The position numbers and the translations under genes were made by a program. A model generated the notes under the pieces. The model was given only the letters and a program-made list of their open reading frames with translations. It was not told where the DNA came from and did not search any database. A DNA stretch of 64,000 bases from Polyangiales bacterium (lineage in GTDB: Bacteria > Myxococcota_A > Polyangia > Polyangiales > Houyiibacteriaceae): NCBI GenBank assembly GCA_049645265.1, contig JBARTN010000008.1, positions 33,036 through 97,035 on the forward strand. Direction: 5' to 3'. Positions within the stretch are counted from its first letter, which is position 1. Every line of letters starts with the position of its first letter. Below, one piece after another: positions 22,056 through 33,200 of the stretch.

Positions 22056-22058
22056 CGC

Positions 22059-23033
22059 TCAGTACCTCGCCGTTTGGAGAATCGCCGGAGCGATGCGGTG
22101 AGCCAGCGGAAGATACTCGCGCTCGTGTGTCAATGGGAACGGCGTGTCCCAGCCGGTGACACGAACAGGGGGAGCCTCGAGGTGCAAGAATGCACGCTCG
22201 GTGATCAGCGCCACGAGCTCGCCTCCAAAGCCGCATGTCCGAGGCGCCTCGTGCACGATCACCACCCGGCCGGTCTTCTTCACGCTCGACGTGATGGTTT
22301 CGATGTCGAGCGGCCAGAGGGTTCTGAGATCGATCACTTCGACATCGACCCCCTCCTTCGCCACCTCTTCGGCGGCGGTAAACGCTTCATAGAGCATTGC
22401 CCCCCAGGCCAGGCAGGTTACCTGCTCGCCAGGCCGAACGACCTTTGCCTCGCCGAGAGGCACCCTGTACGTCGTTTCCGGAACGTCCATTTTCACCGCT
22501 CGGTACACGCGCTTCGGCTCGAAGAAGATGACCGGATCTTCGTCGGCGATCGCTTCGAGCAGAAGCCCCTTCGCGTCGTACGGGTTCGATGGACAGACGA
22601 CCTTCAGGCCGGGCGTGTGAATGAACAAGGCTTCGGGCGACTGGGAATGATACTGACCACCGCGAATGCCCCCGCCATAAGGCGTGCGGACGACCATCGG
22701 CACGTGAAACTCGCCGGCTGTTCGATAGCGATACTTCGCTGCTTCGCTGACGAGCTGGTCGAAGCCCGGGTAGATGAAGTCTGCAAACTGAATCTCGGAA
22801 ACCGGCCGAAGCCCGTGAAGCGCCATGCCGATGGCGGTTCCGAGGATCCCGGTCTCCGAAAGCGGCGTGTCGAGCACCCGATCGGGGCCAAAGTCTTCTC
22901 GCAGCCCCTGGGTCACCCGAAAAACGCCACCCAAGGTCCCAAGGTCTTCCCCCATGAGAAGGACGTTCTCGTCCTCTCGAAGCGCGCCCCGAAGCGCGCT
23001 GTTGATCGCCTGAACGAGGTTCATCTGAGTCAT
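22059..23033 (-). CDS. bkdA2: 2-oxoisovalerate dehydrogenase E1 beta subunit
   Basis: Typical transketolase-like E1 beta sequence (LMGEDLGTLGGVFRVT, DTPLSETGILG). It sits between the E1 alpha and E2 genes. Confidence 0.93.
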   Translation of the reverse strand: MTQMNLVQAINSALRGALREDENVLLMGEDLGTLGGVFRVTQGLREDFGPDRVLDTPLSETGILGTAIGMALHGLRPVSEIQFADFIYPGFDQLVSEAAKYRYRTAGEFHVPMVVRTPYGGGIRGGQYHSQSPEALFIHTPGLKVVCPSNPYDAKGLLLEAIADEDPVIFFEPKRVYRAVKMDVPETTYRVPLGEAKVVRPGEQVTCLAWGAMLYEAFTAAEEVAKEGVDVEVIDLRTLWPLDIETITSSVKKTGRVVIVHEAPRTCGFGGELVALITERAFLHLEAPPVRVTGWDTPFPLTHEREYLPLAHRIAPAILQTARY

Positions 23034-24112
23034 GACTCGTCGTCCTCAGCCCGGGCTCGCAGCCCGCCAAGGGATTGCGCTTGCTGCTCGCGAAGATGCC
23101 AAGGCTGCTCGGCGTAGACGTCGGTGAATATCTCGCTGAGCTCGGGCGCCGGTTTCTGCTCTGCACGCCGGACGCAATCTTTCACTTCCAGATCGCAGAC
23201 CGTGCGCCAGTCGCCGTCGAGGTCGTCATCCCAGACCTTTCGATGCTCGATGTGCTTGCGGAGCCTGAGGATGGGATCGGCTTTGCGCCAGGAGTCGACC
23301 TCTTTTTCGCTTCGATACATCCTCGGGTCGTCCGAGGTCGAATGGCCGCCGAGGCGATAGGTCAGGAGCTCGATGAACGTTGGCCCCCCGCCGTTCGCTG
23401 CGCGCTGCACGCCTTCTCGAACGGCCCCTAAGACCGCCAGCGCATCGTTGCCATCGACTCGTGCAGCTGGAACCCGGTACGCGGCCGCCTTTTCGGCCAG
23501 GGTGCGGGTCGCGGTTTGTCGCTCGACCGGCAAGCTGATCGCGTAGCCATTGTTGCGACAAAGGAAGAGAACCGGCGGCTGAAAGACGCCAGCGAAATTC
23601 ATCGCCGCGTGAAAGTCGTTCGAGCTCGTCGCCCCGTCGCCGAAGAAGACGCCGACGCATTCGTCAAGGCCGCGCTTTTTGGCCGCCATCGCCAGACCGA
23701 CGGCGTGGGGAATCTGCGTGCCGATCGGCGCGCTCACCGCGAGGTACCGATGCGACCGACTAAAGGTGTGGTCCGGCATCTGCCGGCCGTGTACCGGATC
23801 GCCCGCGTTCCCGTACATGTGGTCGAGGTATCGTTGCAATGGGTAGCCGCGCCAGAGCAGAGCGCCCACTTCGCGATAACAGGGTACGATCCAATCCCGG
23901 TTGCGAAGGGCGGCCGCAGAGCCGACGATTGCGGCCTCTTCGCCGAGCGAGCCCACGTGAAACGCGATGCGACCTTGCCGCTGAATCTTTTCGAGCCGGT
24001 CATCGACGATGCGGGTGCGAACCATCGCCTTGTACAGCGCGACGATCTCATCGATGGACAAGCCCGGGTCGAGCTTTGGATCGAGGCTTCCGTCGTCCCG
24101 AATGACCTGCAT
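23030..24112 (-). CDS. bkdA1: 2-oxoisovalerate dehydrogenase E1 alpha subunit (TPP-dependent)
   Basis: GRQMPDH, TPP motif FFGDGATSSNDFHAAMNFA, and YRLGGHSTSDDP. Overlaps the E1 beta start by 4 nt. Confidence 0.93.
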   Translation of the reverse strand: MQVIRDDGSLDPKLDPGLSIDEIVALYKAMVRTRIVDDRLEKIQRQGRIAFHVGSLGEEAAIVGSAAALRNRDWIVPCYREVGALLWRGYPLQRYLDHMYGNAGDPVHGRQMPDHTFSRSHRYLAVSAPIGTQIPHAVGLAMAAKKRGLDECVGVFFGDGATSSNDFHAAMNFAGVFQPPVLFLCRNNGYAISLPVERQTATRTLAEKAAAYRVPAARVDGNDALAVLGAVREGVQRAANGGGPTFIELLTYRLGGHSTSDDPRMYRSEKEVDSWRKADPILRLRKHIEHRKVWDDDLDGDWRTVCDLEVKDCVRRAEQKPAPELSEIFTDVYAEQPWHLREQQAQSLGGLRARAEDDES

Positions 24113-24119
24113 GTCCCCC

Positions 24120-25076
24120 TCAGCCGAGCACGTCCAGCTTTCGTTTCTTTCCGTAGCGATTCATTGCAGGCGCCGCTCCGTCATGCACCTCTGCGGCGAG
24201 CGTTCCCGTGAGAAAGACCTCCGCTGCGCGATAGCTCGAGCGAACGAGCGGCCCCGAGGCAACGAAGCGAAACCCCATGTCGAGCCCCACTTTCTCGTAG
24301 TCTTCAAACTCAGCTGGCTCGACGTAACGCTGCACCGAGGCGTGACGCTTGGTCGGCCTCAGGTACTGACCGATCGTGAGCACATCGACGTCCGCGTCGC
24401 GCAGAAGCTGCATGGCGCTGAGCACTTCGTCGCGCTCTTCGCCGAGGCCCACCATGAGCGAAGTCTTGACGATCGAAGCACCGAGCTCCTTCGCGGCGAC
24501 GAGCACATCGACCGAGCGCTCCCAGGAACAACGCACATCTCGAATGCTCCTTTGCAAACGCGGCACGACCTCCACGTTGTGCGCAAAGACATCCGGGCGC
24601 CCCTCCTGCACGACCACCCGAAGGTCGTCGTGTTGGCCTTGAAAATCTCCAACCAAGGTCTCGACGCGAAGCGCTGGGCTATGATGCCTGATGCGCCGAA
24701 CCGTCTTCGCGACGTGCGCGGCGCCGCCGTCCGCGAGGTCGTCGCGGTCGACCATCGTGAGCACGACATAGGCGAGCCCCATTTCGGCAAGCGAGATCGC
24801 CGTGTTCTCGGGCTCGTTCGAATCCACGGCGCCGCCGGGCTTCCCGGTCTGAACCGAACAGAAGCGGCAGCCCCGCGTGCAGGTCTCGCCGAGGATCATG
24901 ACGGTTGCGGTGCCCTGCCCCCAGCATTCGAAAATGTTCGGACAGCGGGCTTCCTCGCACACCGTGTGCAGCCCGCGAGCACGGAACCGGGACTTCAGGC
25001 CGTGGAATTGGTCCTGTTGCGGCCCCGCCGGGAGCCTCACGCGAAGCCAATCAGGTTTGCGAACAGGCAAGGTCAT
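24120..25076 (-). CDS. lipA: lipoyl synthase
   Basis: CEEARCPNIFECW auxiliary cluster motif and the radical-SAM motif CTRGCRFCSV. Confidence 0.95.
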   Translation of the reverse strand: MTLPVRKPDWLRVRLPAGPQQDQFHGLKSRFRARGLHTVCEEARCPNIFECWGQGTATVMILGETCTRGCRFCSVQTGKPGGAVDSNEPENTAISLAEMGLAYVVLTMVDRDDLADGGAAHVAKTVRRIRHHSPALRVETLVGDFQGQHDDLRVVVQEGRPDVFAHNVEVVPRLQRSIRDVRCSWERSVDVLVAAKELGASIVKTSLMVGLGEERDEVLSAMQLLRDADVDVLTIGQYLRPTKRHASVQRYVEPAEFEDYEKVGLDMGFRFVASGPLVRSSYRAAEVFLTGTLAAEVHDGAAPAMNRYGKKRKLDVLG

Positions 25077-25173
25077 CCAACGCTCCCATCGGTCCTAAGG
25101 CAAGCTTTTAGGGGGCGGCACCTCCCCTGTCAATCGCGTCTAACGCTACGAATTGTGGGGCTTTCTTCGGTCT

Positions 25174-25218
25174 GGCGCAATATTTCGATATCCCGGCCGG
25201 TTAGGCGCAATATTTTCG
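25174..25218. promoter_or_regulatory. two direct copies of GGCGCAATATTT(T)CG, a candidate operator pair in the lipA/TetR divergent region
   Basis: Copy 1 is at 25174-25187 and copy 2 at 25204-25218, offset by 30 bp. Each has an AATATT palindromic core. Confidence 0.35.
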
Positions 25219-25297
25219 TGTTTGACCCTTTACCTGGGTCCCACGTGCCCCATAATCCAGCATCGAAGCGGCTCGGTACCCGTTTAGGAGCGACTCG

Positions 25298-25963
25298 ATG
25301 GACGACGAAAGAAGGCCAAGGCGCGCTGGCCCCGTGGAGAGACCCGGTACTTTCGGTGGCAAGCGAGATCTCAACCGCCGCAAGCGCGTCCAAGACCTCA
25401 TCGACGCCGGCCTTTCGCTCTTTCTGCAGCGAGGGATCGAAGCGGTGACCATCGACGAAGTCGCTCGTGAAGCCGGCATGGCGAAGGGCAATTTCTACCG
25501 CTATTTCCGGGATAAAGCCGATCTGGTCGAGGCGGTGGTCTCGCCGGTCGCGGGCACCACGCGCGAAGCGATTCAGGACTGCGAGGCGCAACTCCGCCAA
25601 GCGAGTGATCGAAACGAAGCGGTCGCGGCATACGGACAACTGGGCAATCGCTTAGTCGGCGCGCTCGCCCTCTACCCGGACGCGATGTGCCTTTATCTTC
25701 AGGAGTGCCGAGCACCGGCGACGGTCGCGCGGCAGGCGATCTCCGACCTGGCGAACGAGCTCGACGACAGGGCGATGACCCTGAGCCAGGTCGCCGCGGA
25801 GCGGGGATTCGTGACGGTTTCCGATCCGCGTGTGAGCGCGCTCGCGGTCCTCGGGGCGGTCGAGGCGCTCGCCCTGGCTTCGGTGCGCAAACAAGTGCAG
25901 ATGGACCCCATCGAAACCACCAAGAGCCTGATTTCGATCGTGCTCGAAGGGCTGCGAAACTAG
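25298..25963 (+). CDS. TetR/AcrR-family transcriptional regulator
   Basis: N-terminal HTH VTIDEVAREAGMAKGNFYRYFRDKADLV. Confidence 0.9.
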   Translation: MDDERRPRRAGPVERPGTFGGKRDLNRRKRVQDLIDAGLSLFLQRGIEAVTIDEVAREAGMAKGNFYRYFRDKADLVEAVVSPVAGTTREAIQDCEAQLRQASDRNEAVAAYGQLGNRLVGALALYPDAMCLYLQECRAPATVARQAISDLANELDDRAMTLSQVAAERGFVTVSDPRVSALAVLGAVEALALASVRKQVQMDPIETTKSLISIVLEGLRN

Positions 25964-26039
25964 CCCCCCTGGGCCAGCTAAACAGCTGTCCAGCCCGAAA
26001 CTACCGTTGCGGGAGCTTCTTCTTCACAATTGAGCGGAT

Positions 26040-27380
26040 ATGGCGGGGAGGCTGATCTTGACCGCAGTGGCGCTCGTCTGGGCGACATTGCCCGGCGTCG
26101 CATATGCGGCGAGCGGATCCGGTGAGCCCGGGGTCGCGGGCGAGCTCGGCACGGTCGTCTTGCTCGTCTGCGTGATCGGCGTGGCGTACGTGCTCGCCCA
26201 CAACGTGGTGGAGCGTTTGCAACGTCGTTTCCTCGTCGTGAGCGGCGCCGAGTATCTCCTGCTCGGATTCCTGCTCGGTCCGGCCTTCCCTGCGATCCAC
26301 GCCTTCGATAACGTGACCGGCTTGCTACCGATCATCGCACTCGCGGCCGGTTGGGTCGGCCTGCTGCGGGGCACGGACTTCGACTTCACGAGTCTTCAAA
26401 AGCTCGACCCGGCGACGTGGCGCGTGGTCTTCCTGCATCACCTGCTGCCCGGCCTCGCCGTCGGATTCGGCGCGTACTACTTCTTCACCGTAGGTGGCTG
26501 GCTGGAGACGACGGCGCGCGGCGCAGCACTGAGCGCCGCAGCGCTGGCCTGCTTTGCGGCCGCAGATTCGACCGAACCGTTCGACCTCCTCGCTAGGCGC
26601 TACGAGATCAGCGGTCGGCTCGCTTCGCTGCTTCGAAACGGAACGCGCCTCGGCGACATCGCGGTCATCCTCGCCTTTGGCCTGATTTTTTGCGTGTTTC
26701 ACGAGAATGCGCCCGACGCGCAGGACTATTCGCCAGCCCTCTGGGCCTGGGTCACCATCTTGCTCGGCGCCGCGCTGGGCTTCCTGTTTTCGCTCTTCTT
26801 GGCAGGCGACGAATCGGACAACTCCCGCTTCTTGGCGCTGGTCGGAATCATCGCCTTCGCATCGGGCGGGGCATATTTTCTCGAGTTGTCGCCCTTGGCA
26901 GTCAATCTTTCGATGGGCTTCGTGCTGGTGAATTTCGCCCGCGGTGGCCAGCTCTTACACACGACGCTCGAATCGACCGAGCGCCCGATGGCGATCGTGC
27001 TGCTGGTCTTTGCCGGTGCGCTTTGGCAACCCACCCCGATCGTGCCGACTTTGGTCGCGCTCGCTGGTTTCCTGGCCGCACGCACCGGGGCGAAGTGGAT
27101 CGCAAGCCTGATCGCAGGCTGGGGGACCACGTTGCGAAGAGACTTGTTCCGCGGCCTCTTGGCACACGGCGACGTCACACTGGCGATGGCTGTCTCGTTT
27201 CGCCTCGTCTATGAAGGAGAGGCGGCGAACGTCGCGTACTCGGTGGTGCTGGGCTCGGTCATCATCAACGATCTAATCGCACCGCGACTGCTCCGGGGCT
27301 TGCTCGCAGACGAGGGTGAGATCCAGCGCGAGCTCAAGGACAGCGATTCCCAAACATCGATCGAGGTGAGTGCCAAATGA
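26040..27380 (+). CDS. cation:proton antiporter (Na+/H+ exchanger / CPA family) membrane protein
   Basis: Signal-like N-terminus, then about 11 TM helices. GAEYLLLGFLLGPAF is typical of Kef/NhaP-type exchangers. ATGA overlap with trkA. Confidence 0.8.
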   Translation: MAGRLILTAVALVWATLPGVAYAASGSGEPGVAGELGTVVLLVCVIGVAYVLAHNVVERLQRRFLVVSGAEYLLLGFLLGPAFPAIHAFDNVTGLLPIIALAAGWVGLLRGTDFDFTSLQKLDPATWRVVFLHHLLPGLAVGFGAYYFFTVGGWLETTARGAALSAAALACFAAADSTEPFDLLARRYEISGRLASLLRNGTRLGDIAVILAFGLIFCVFHENAPDAQDYSPALWAWVTILLGAALGFLFSLFLAGDESDNSRFLALVGIIAFASGGAYFLELSPLAVNLSMGFVLVNFARGGQLLHTTLESTERPMAIVLLVFAGALWQPTPIVPTLVALAGFLAARTGAKWIASLIAGWGTTLRRDLFRGLLAHGDVTLAMAVSFRLVYEGEAANVAYSVVLGSVIINDLIAPRLLRGLLADEGEIQRELKDSDSQTSIEVSAK

Positions 27381-28717
27381 ACATCGTCGTCATAGGTTTG
27401 GGCGAAGTCGGTCGTCACTTGTTGAGCGTCCTGGACAAAGAAGGTCACGACATCATCGCCGTCGATTCGAGCGCCAAGGCGGTGCAATACGCCGAGGAGC
27501 ACTACGACGTGGCATCGATCATCGGCTACGGCGCGAGCGAAACCTTGCTGAAGATCGCCGGCGTGGGTCGCGCCGACCTGGTCGTTGCCGTGACCAACCA
27601 CGATGAGATGAACCTGATCGCCGCGCTGGCGTCCAAGCAACTGGGCGCAAAGCACGTCGTCGCTCGCGTCCAAGGGACGGCCTGGTCCGAGTGGACTGAG
27701 GGCATCCGCTACGGCTTGCTCGGCGTCGACGTCGTGATCAATCCGCGTGTTCTCGTCGCGCAGGAGCTCAGCCGCATCGCCCGGTCTTACGGCGCCTCGG
27801 ACGTCGTCGACCTCGCACAAGATCGGGTCGAGCTCGTGCAGATCGACCTCGACGAATCCCGCGTGCTCAACAAGCCGCTTTCCGCGGTCGAGCTTCCGCC
27901 ACACACGCTGGTGAGCGCAGTGGTCCGTGACGGCGAGCTCTTCGTCCCTGGCGGCGCCGATGTGTTGGTCAAAGGCGACCGCGTGTATTTGATTGGTCGA
28001 CCGGAAGGCGTGCTTGCCGCGGAGCGACTCTTCAGCAAGGAACGCGAGGCGCGCCGGGTCTGCATCGTCGGTGGAGGCGTGGTCGGGAAGGCGCTCGCGC
28101 GCGACCTGCTGCAGCAACAGGCCACGGTCATGATGATCGAAAGCGATCTGGACGTCGCAGAAGAGATCAGCGCTGAGTTTCAGGCCATCGAAGTCGTGCA
28201 CGGCGACGGTACCGACGGGGCGCTTCTCGACGAGGAGGAGGTCGGCACCTACGACTTGTTCGCTGCGGTGACCAAGCAGGACGAAATCAATCTCATGGCA
28301 GCGCTCCTCGCTCAGCGCGCGGGCTGCAAGCGCACCGCCACGATCGTGCAGCGGGCCGACTACGCATCGATCTATCGTCAACTCGGCATTGACATCGTTC
28401 TGTCGCCTCGCACCGTGGCTTCGGACCAGATCCTTCGCTTCTCGCGAGGCGGCGGCCTTCACAGCTTGACCGTGCTCGAAGACGGCCAGGCTGAGGTCGT
28501 CGAGCTGACCGCAAGCGCGAAGTGCCGCGCCGTGAACAAGCCTCTGCACCGCATGAACCTGCCCCGCGGTTCGCTGCTGGCGGCGATCGTGCACGGCGAC
28601 GACGTGATCATTCCGCACGGCAAAGACGTCGTTCACCCGGGCGACCGCGTCATCCTGATGACCACCAAGGAAGCGCGCGCAACCGTCGAGCGGCTCTTTC
28701 GACCGAGGGGTGAGTGA
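27377..28717 (+). CDS. trkA: Trk system K+ uptake protein TrkA
   Basis: Duplicated RCK architecture with two Rossmann motifs, IVVIGLGEVGRHL and VCIVGGGVVGKAL. Confidence 0.93.
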   Translation: MNIVVIGLGEVGRHLLSVLDKEGHDIIAVDSSAKAVQYAEEHYDVASIIGYGASETLLKIAGVGRADLVVAVTNHDEMNLIAALASKQLGAKHVVARVQGTAWSEWTEGIRYGLLGVDVVINPRVLVAQELSRIARSYGASDVVDLAQDRVELVQIDLDESRVLNKPLSAVELPPHTLVSAVVRDGELFVPGGADVLVKGDRVYLIGRPEGVLAAERLFSKEREARRVCIVGGGVVGKALARDLLQQQATVMMIESDLDVAEEISAEFQAIEVVHGDGTDGALLDEEEVGTYDLFAAVTKQDEINLMAALLAQRAGCKRTATIVQRADYASIYRQLGIDIVLSPRTVASDQILRFSRGGGLHSLTVLEDGQAEVVELTASAKCRAVNKPLHRMNLPRGSLLAAIVHGDDVIIPHGKDVVHPGDRVILMTTKEARATVERLFRPRGE

Positions 28718-30204
28718 GCACGCAATCGAGAGACTTTCGCGGCGTGATCCGACCCGTCGGAGCCGTTGTTCTCGGGATCGGTGTGATGATCGCCCTTTGC
28801 GCTGGGGTTGGCATGCTCTGGGACCGGTTTGCGCCCGACCCGGGTCGGCCACAGGGCGGCGCTGCGGAGATGGCGCTCTCGGCGATCATCGTCTCGATCG
28901 TCGGCCTGGTAGCCTTTCTTTACGGAAATCGGTTCGTGTCGGAGCGAATCTCGCGTCGCGAGGCGCTCCTTGCCGTGAGCTTGATTTGGGTTGCCGCCGG
29001 GGCCTGCGGCGCGGTTCCATTCATCCTCGGAGCGGGAATGTCTGTTGACGATGCGTTCTTCGAATCGGTCAGCGGCCTGACGACCACCGGCGCAACGGTA
29101 ATCGCAGACATCGAAGGACGTTTGTCGCGGCCGCTCCTGCTCTGGCGTTCCCTGATTCAATGGCTCGGGGGCATGGGCATCGTCGTCCTGTTCGTCGCGG
29201 TCTTTCCGAATCTCGGCGCGGGCGGCAAGCATTTGTTTCGCGGAGAGGTGCCGGGAACCACATCCGAGGGCCTGAGACCTCGCATCGCTGAGACCTCATT
29301 CGCTCTTTGGAAGCTCTACGGCGCGCTCACCATCATCGAGATCGCCCTCCTCAAGATCCTCGGCCTCGATCTGTTCGACGCCGTCTGCCACGCGTTCACG
29401 ACGATGTCGACCGGTGGATTCTCGACACTCGACAGCTCGGTCGGCGGCTTCGATAGCGCCGCCGTCGAGTACGTGATCGCCTGCTTCATGCTGATAGGAA
29501 GCGTGAACTACGCGCTCTACTACGGCCTCTTGCGTACCGGCAACTGGCGGTCGCTCGTACGCAACATCGAGTTCCGCTGGTACGTCGCGATCGTCTTTGC
29601 GGCGGTCATCGTATTGACGATCTTGAACCTCAGCGTGCACGACGATCTTCTGACGTCGTTCCGCTACTCCTTTTTCATGGTGGCGACGACGGTCTCGTCG
29701 ACCGGATACGGCACCGACGACTCCAGCGTGTACAGCTCGACTGCGCTCACCATCGTGATCCTATTGATGTTCGTCGGGGGATGCTCCGGCTCGACAGCGG
29801 GCGGCATCAAGATCGAACGCGCCGTATTGATGGGCAAACAGGCGGTCGCGCAAATCCAGAAGAGCTTCCGGCCCGCCACGGTGCAGCTCGTTCGCATGGG
29901 GAGAGCAGCGATCAGCAATCAGGTTCTCTCTGACGTCGCTTCTTTCTTTCTGATTTACATGGGATGCATTGGATTTGGTTTGCTCTTCGTGACGCTCGTC
30001 GAAGGCGTGCCCGCACCCACGGCTTTCGGGGCGATGTTGACTTGCTTGTCCAACATGGGGCCCGCACCCTTTCACCTGGGGCCCGACAACTTCGCCGCGT
30101 ACTCGGCGGGTAGCAAATTGTTCTTCTCGATGGCCATGCTGCTCGGACGACTCGAGTTCTTCACCCTCTTCGCGCTCATCTTGCCAGGTTTCTGGAGGCG
30201 TTGA
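28714..30204 (+). CDS. trkH: Trk system K+ uptake protein TrkH
   Basis: Four pore-loop glycine motifs: GLTTTGA, TMSTGGF, SSTGYG and GSTAGG. GTGA overlap with trkA. Confidence 0.92.
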   Translation: MSTQSRDFRGVIRPVGAVVLGIGVMIALCAGVGMLWDRFAPDPGRPQGGAAEMALSAIIVSIVGLVAFLYGNRFVSERISRREALLAVSLIWVAAGACGAVPFILGAGMSVDDAFFESVSGLTTTGATVIADIEGRLSRPLLLWRSLIQWLGGMGIVVLFVAVFPNLGAGGKHLFRGEVPGTTSEGLRPRIAETSFALWKLYGALTIIEIALLKILGLDLFDAVCHAFTTMSTGGFSTLDSSVGGFDSAAVEYVIACFMLIGSVNYALYYGLLRTGNWRSLVRNIEFRWYVAIVFAAVIVLTILNLSVHDDLLTSFRYSFFMVATTVSSTGYGTDDSSVYSSTALTIVILLMFVGGCSGSTAGGIKIERAVLMGKQAVAQIQKSFRPATVQLVRMGRAAISNQVLSDVASFFLIYMGCIGFGLLFVTLVEGVPAPTAFGAMLTCLSNMGPAPFHLGPDNFAAYSAGSKLFFSMAMLLGRLEFFTLFALILPGFWRR

Positions 30205-33200
30205 TGACCGGCTCGTACAGCTTGCCACCGCCCGGCGAAGAGACCCACGCGCGGCGGCAGATCACCGTCATCGTGTTGCTGCTGTTTGGAATGGTGGCGC
30301 TCTACCAGTTCGAGCAGTTTGCCCAGCATCCCTTCGATCCGAGCGGGATGCTTGCGTTCGGATTCGTGGTCCTCGCGAGCTACACGATCGGCGGACTCGT
30401 TGGTCAGATCCGCTTGCCGCACATCACCGGATACCTGATCGCCGGTCTGGTCTTCGGCCCTTCACTGGCCAAGGTCCTGAGCGGCTTGGGCCTTCCGGCG
30501 CCGTTCGATCGAGGCATTCTCAATGACGAGGTGATCGAGCAGCTCAGCCTGTTCGACAACCTCGCCGTAGCGCTGATCGCGCTCACTGCAGGCGGCGAGC
30601 TCAAGCTCGAGGGACTCAAGAAGGGGCTCCGCGCGATCAGCTCGATCCTCGCTGCGCAGTTCGTGTCGATCGCGGTCCTCGTGACGGCGTTTTTCTGGCT
30701 GATCTCGGGTGCTGTCCCCTACATCGGCCTGCCCGGGGTCGCTGGGCTGCCCATGGCAGCGGCCCTCGCCGTAGGCGCAATGGTGGCCTCGGTGTCCTTG
30801 GCGACCTCTCCGGCCGCGACGATCGCCGTCATCATGGAGTCGAGGGCCGCGGGCTCAATGACCCGGGACGTTTTGTCCGTCGTCGTTCTGAAGGACGTGA
30901 TCGTCGTCGTGGCGTTCGCCGTCGCCCAGGTCATCGTGGCCCAGCAAGTCGGCATGGGCGCGCTGGAGAGCGGAATTGGGTCGTACCTGCTCCAGCACAT
31001 CGTCATCTCGATCCTCTTTGGAGCGGTGGTCGTGGGCGGCCTGATGGCGCTCTATATCCGTTACGTCAATCAGGAGCTGCTGATCTTCGTCGTCGGCGTG
31101 GTCTACCTCGTCGCCTTCATCTCCGACCAGCTCGGCTGGGATCCAGTGCTGGTCTTCCTCGCCGCCGGCTTCGGTGTTTCGAACTTCTCGAAGACGGGGC
31201 ATCGGCTCATCGAAACGGTCGAGCGCCTGTCGCTGCCGGTCTACGTCGTCTTCTTCACGCTCGCCGGCGCCAAGCTCCAGCTCGACCAGCTACGCCAGGT
31301 CGCTCTCTTCGCGATGGGGCTAGTCGCCGTCCGCGGGTTCGCGATCTATTCGGGGACCAAACTCGGCGCCCGCATCGGCAAGGCGGATGAGGCGACCCGC
31401 GACTTCGGCTGGATGGGCTTCGTATCCCAAGCTGGCGTGTCGATCTTGCTGGCGGCGATCATTGGCAGAGAGTTCGGTGAGCTCGGTCGCTCCCTCGAGA
31501 CCTTGATCATCGGCAGCGTTGCGATCAACGAGCTCGTCGGGCCGGTGATGTTCAAGCTCGGCCTTAGCCTCGCGGGCGAAACCCGGACGGGCCGCAAGTC
31601 GATCAGCCCGGCTAGGCACTTGTCGGTGCGGCCGCCTTCGATGCGACCCGAAGGAGAGGATGGCGCCGCCAAACGACTCGAGCCCTGGCCGGAGCACGTT
31701 GGCGCGAAGAACCTATGGGGCGATCCGCTGCAGCTGAAGAGTGCGGAGCTCAATAGTCGCACGCAGGACCTGGCTGGAGATCTGCAGAGCATCGTTCGTG
31801 AGGTCTCGACCGGACCTCTTCGAGATTTCCAGCTCGATGCCGGGAAGTACCTGCGAGACCTCCGACGCGAGTTCCTTCGCCATCACCGGCGCTTGACGGT
31901 TCAAGCCCGTGCCGAGGACCGCGCCGAACGCGACGAGCTGGTGACGCTGCTACGCTCCGCACAATCCGATTTGGCAGCGCATTGGCGCGGGATCGTACTC
32001 GGCCGGTCGGTCACGCTCGCCAAGCTCACTTGGACGCCCGAGACCATGCTCGAGAATGTGGATAGCCTCGTCGACGAGCTTCCGCTGGTCGTCGTGACGC
32101 CCTACGAAGACGCCAGCTACCAGAGCAAGGAAGGCGATTCGCTCTGGAAGCGGCTCCGGCGTGGTTTGCTTCGGCTGAGGCGAGGCTGGCGCAGGACCGT
32201 TGGGCAAAGCCCGCCGACCCGCGACGTTCGGCTGCGCGCTCTGGGACGTTTCCATCTTTCCTATGATGCGCCGGCTCGACTCGAGGCCCTCGCTGCGCTT
32301 TTCGTCGAAGCCGATCGGCACCTCGCGGCTCGCACGAGGAGTCTCTTCGACGGCGTGATCGCTGGGTACGATGACATCGTAGATATTTCGGTCAACCCCG
32401 AAGCCGACCTCGAAGGTCAGCTGGTTCGCCTTCGACACGACGTCGAAGAGGAGCTCGCTCTCGCGCTGGACGAAACGGTGCGAATCACGGGGGACGGCAC
32501 TCATCGCGCCGCCACCGCCCTTGCAACCGGTTTCGTCGGGTTGAAGGAAGACCTGCCGACGTTTGGAACCCTCGACCTGCGCACGAGCGAGCGACGCACG
32601 AGCCGCCGATTTGCGAACCGAATGCGAGCCATGGAGACGCTCACCAAGGACGTGTCCAACCTTCGGAAGGCAAGCTCGGCGGAATACTCGTCGCTGGCCA
32701 TGGAGCTCGAGCTGCTCGGCCTGGAAGCGCGCATCAAGGATAGCGTCACCGAGTACGCTCTCAGGCTCACCAATACGGTGCAGCGCCGGGCGATCTCTCA
32801 GGTCGAACGAGTGAGCGACACGCTTCATAAGGCGCTTGCCCGGCTGAACGAGGAGCTCGAGAGCGACTACTCCGGAGAGCAGCTGGCGGCCGCTCTTCGC
32901 ACGTCGACCGAAGCGACAAGCAAGGCCACCGGCGAAGCCGCGCGTGTGACGAACGAGCTCTACGAAGACTTGAGCGACGACACGAAGATCGCGCCTCTCC
33001 TCGATACCTTGGTCGACGCCTGCCGCGCACTGACGCCGCGCTACCGAGTGACCGTGGGTCAACGTCAAACCGGCGAGTGGCGCCTGCCGGCTGCGCTCCC
33101 CGAGGTCGAAGTCCCGTTCCGGGAGATCGTGCTCACGTACATCGACAGCCGAGTGGCCCCTAAGCTACTCGCGAGCCGGCAAGAGTTGGCCGAGCGCATC

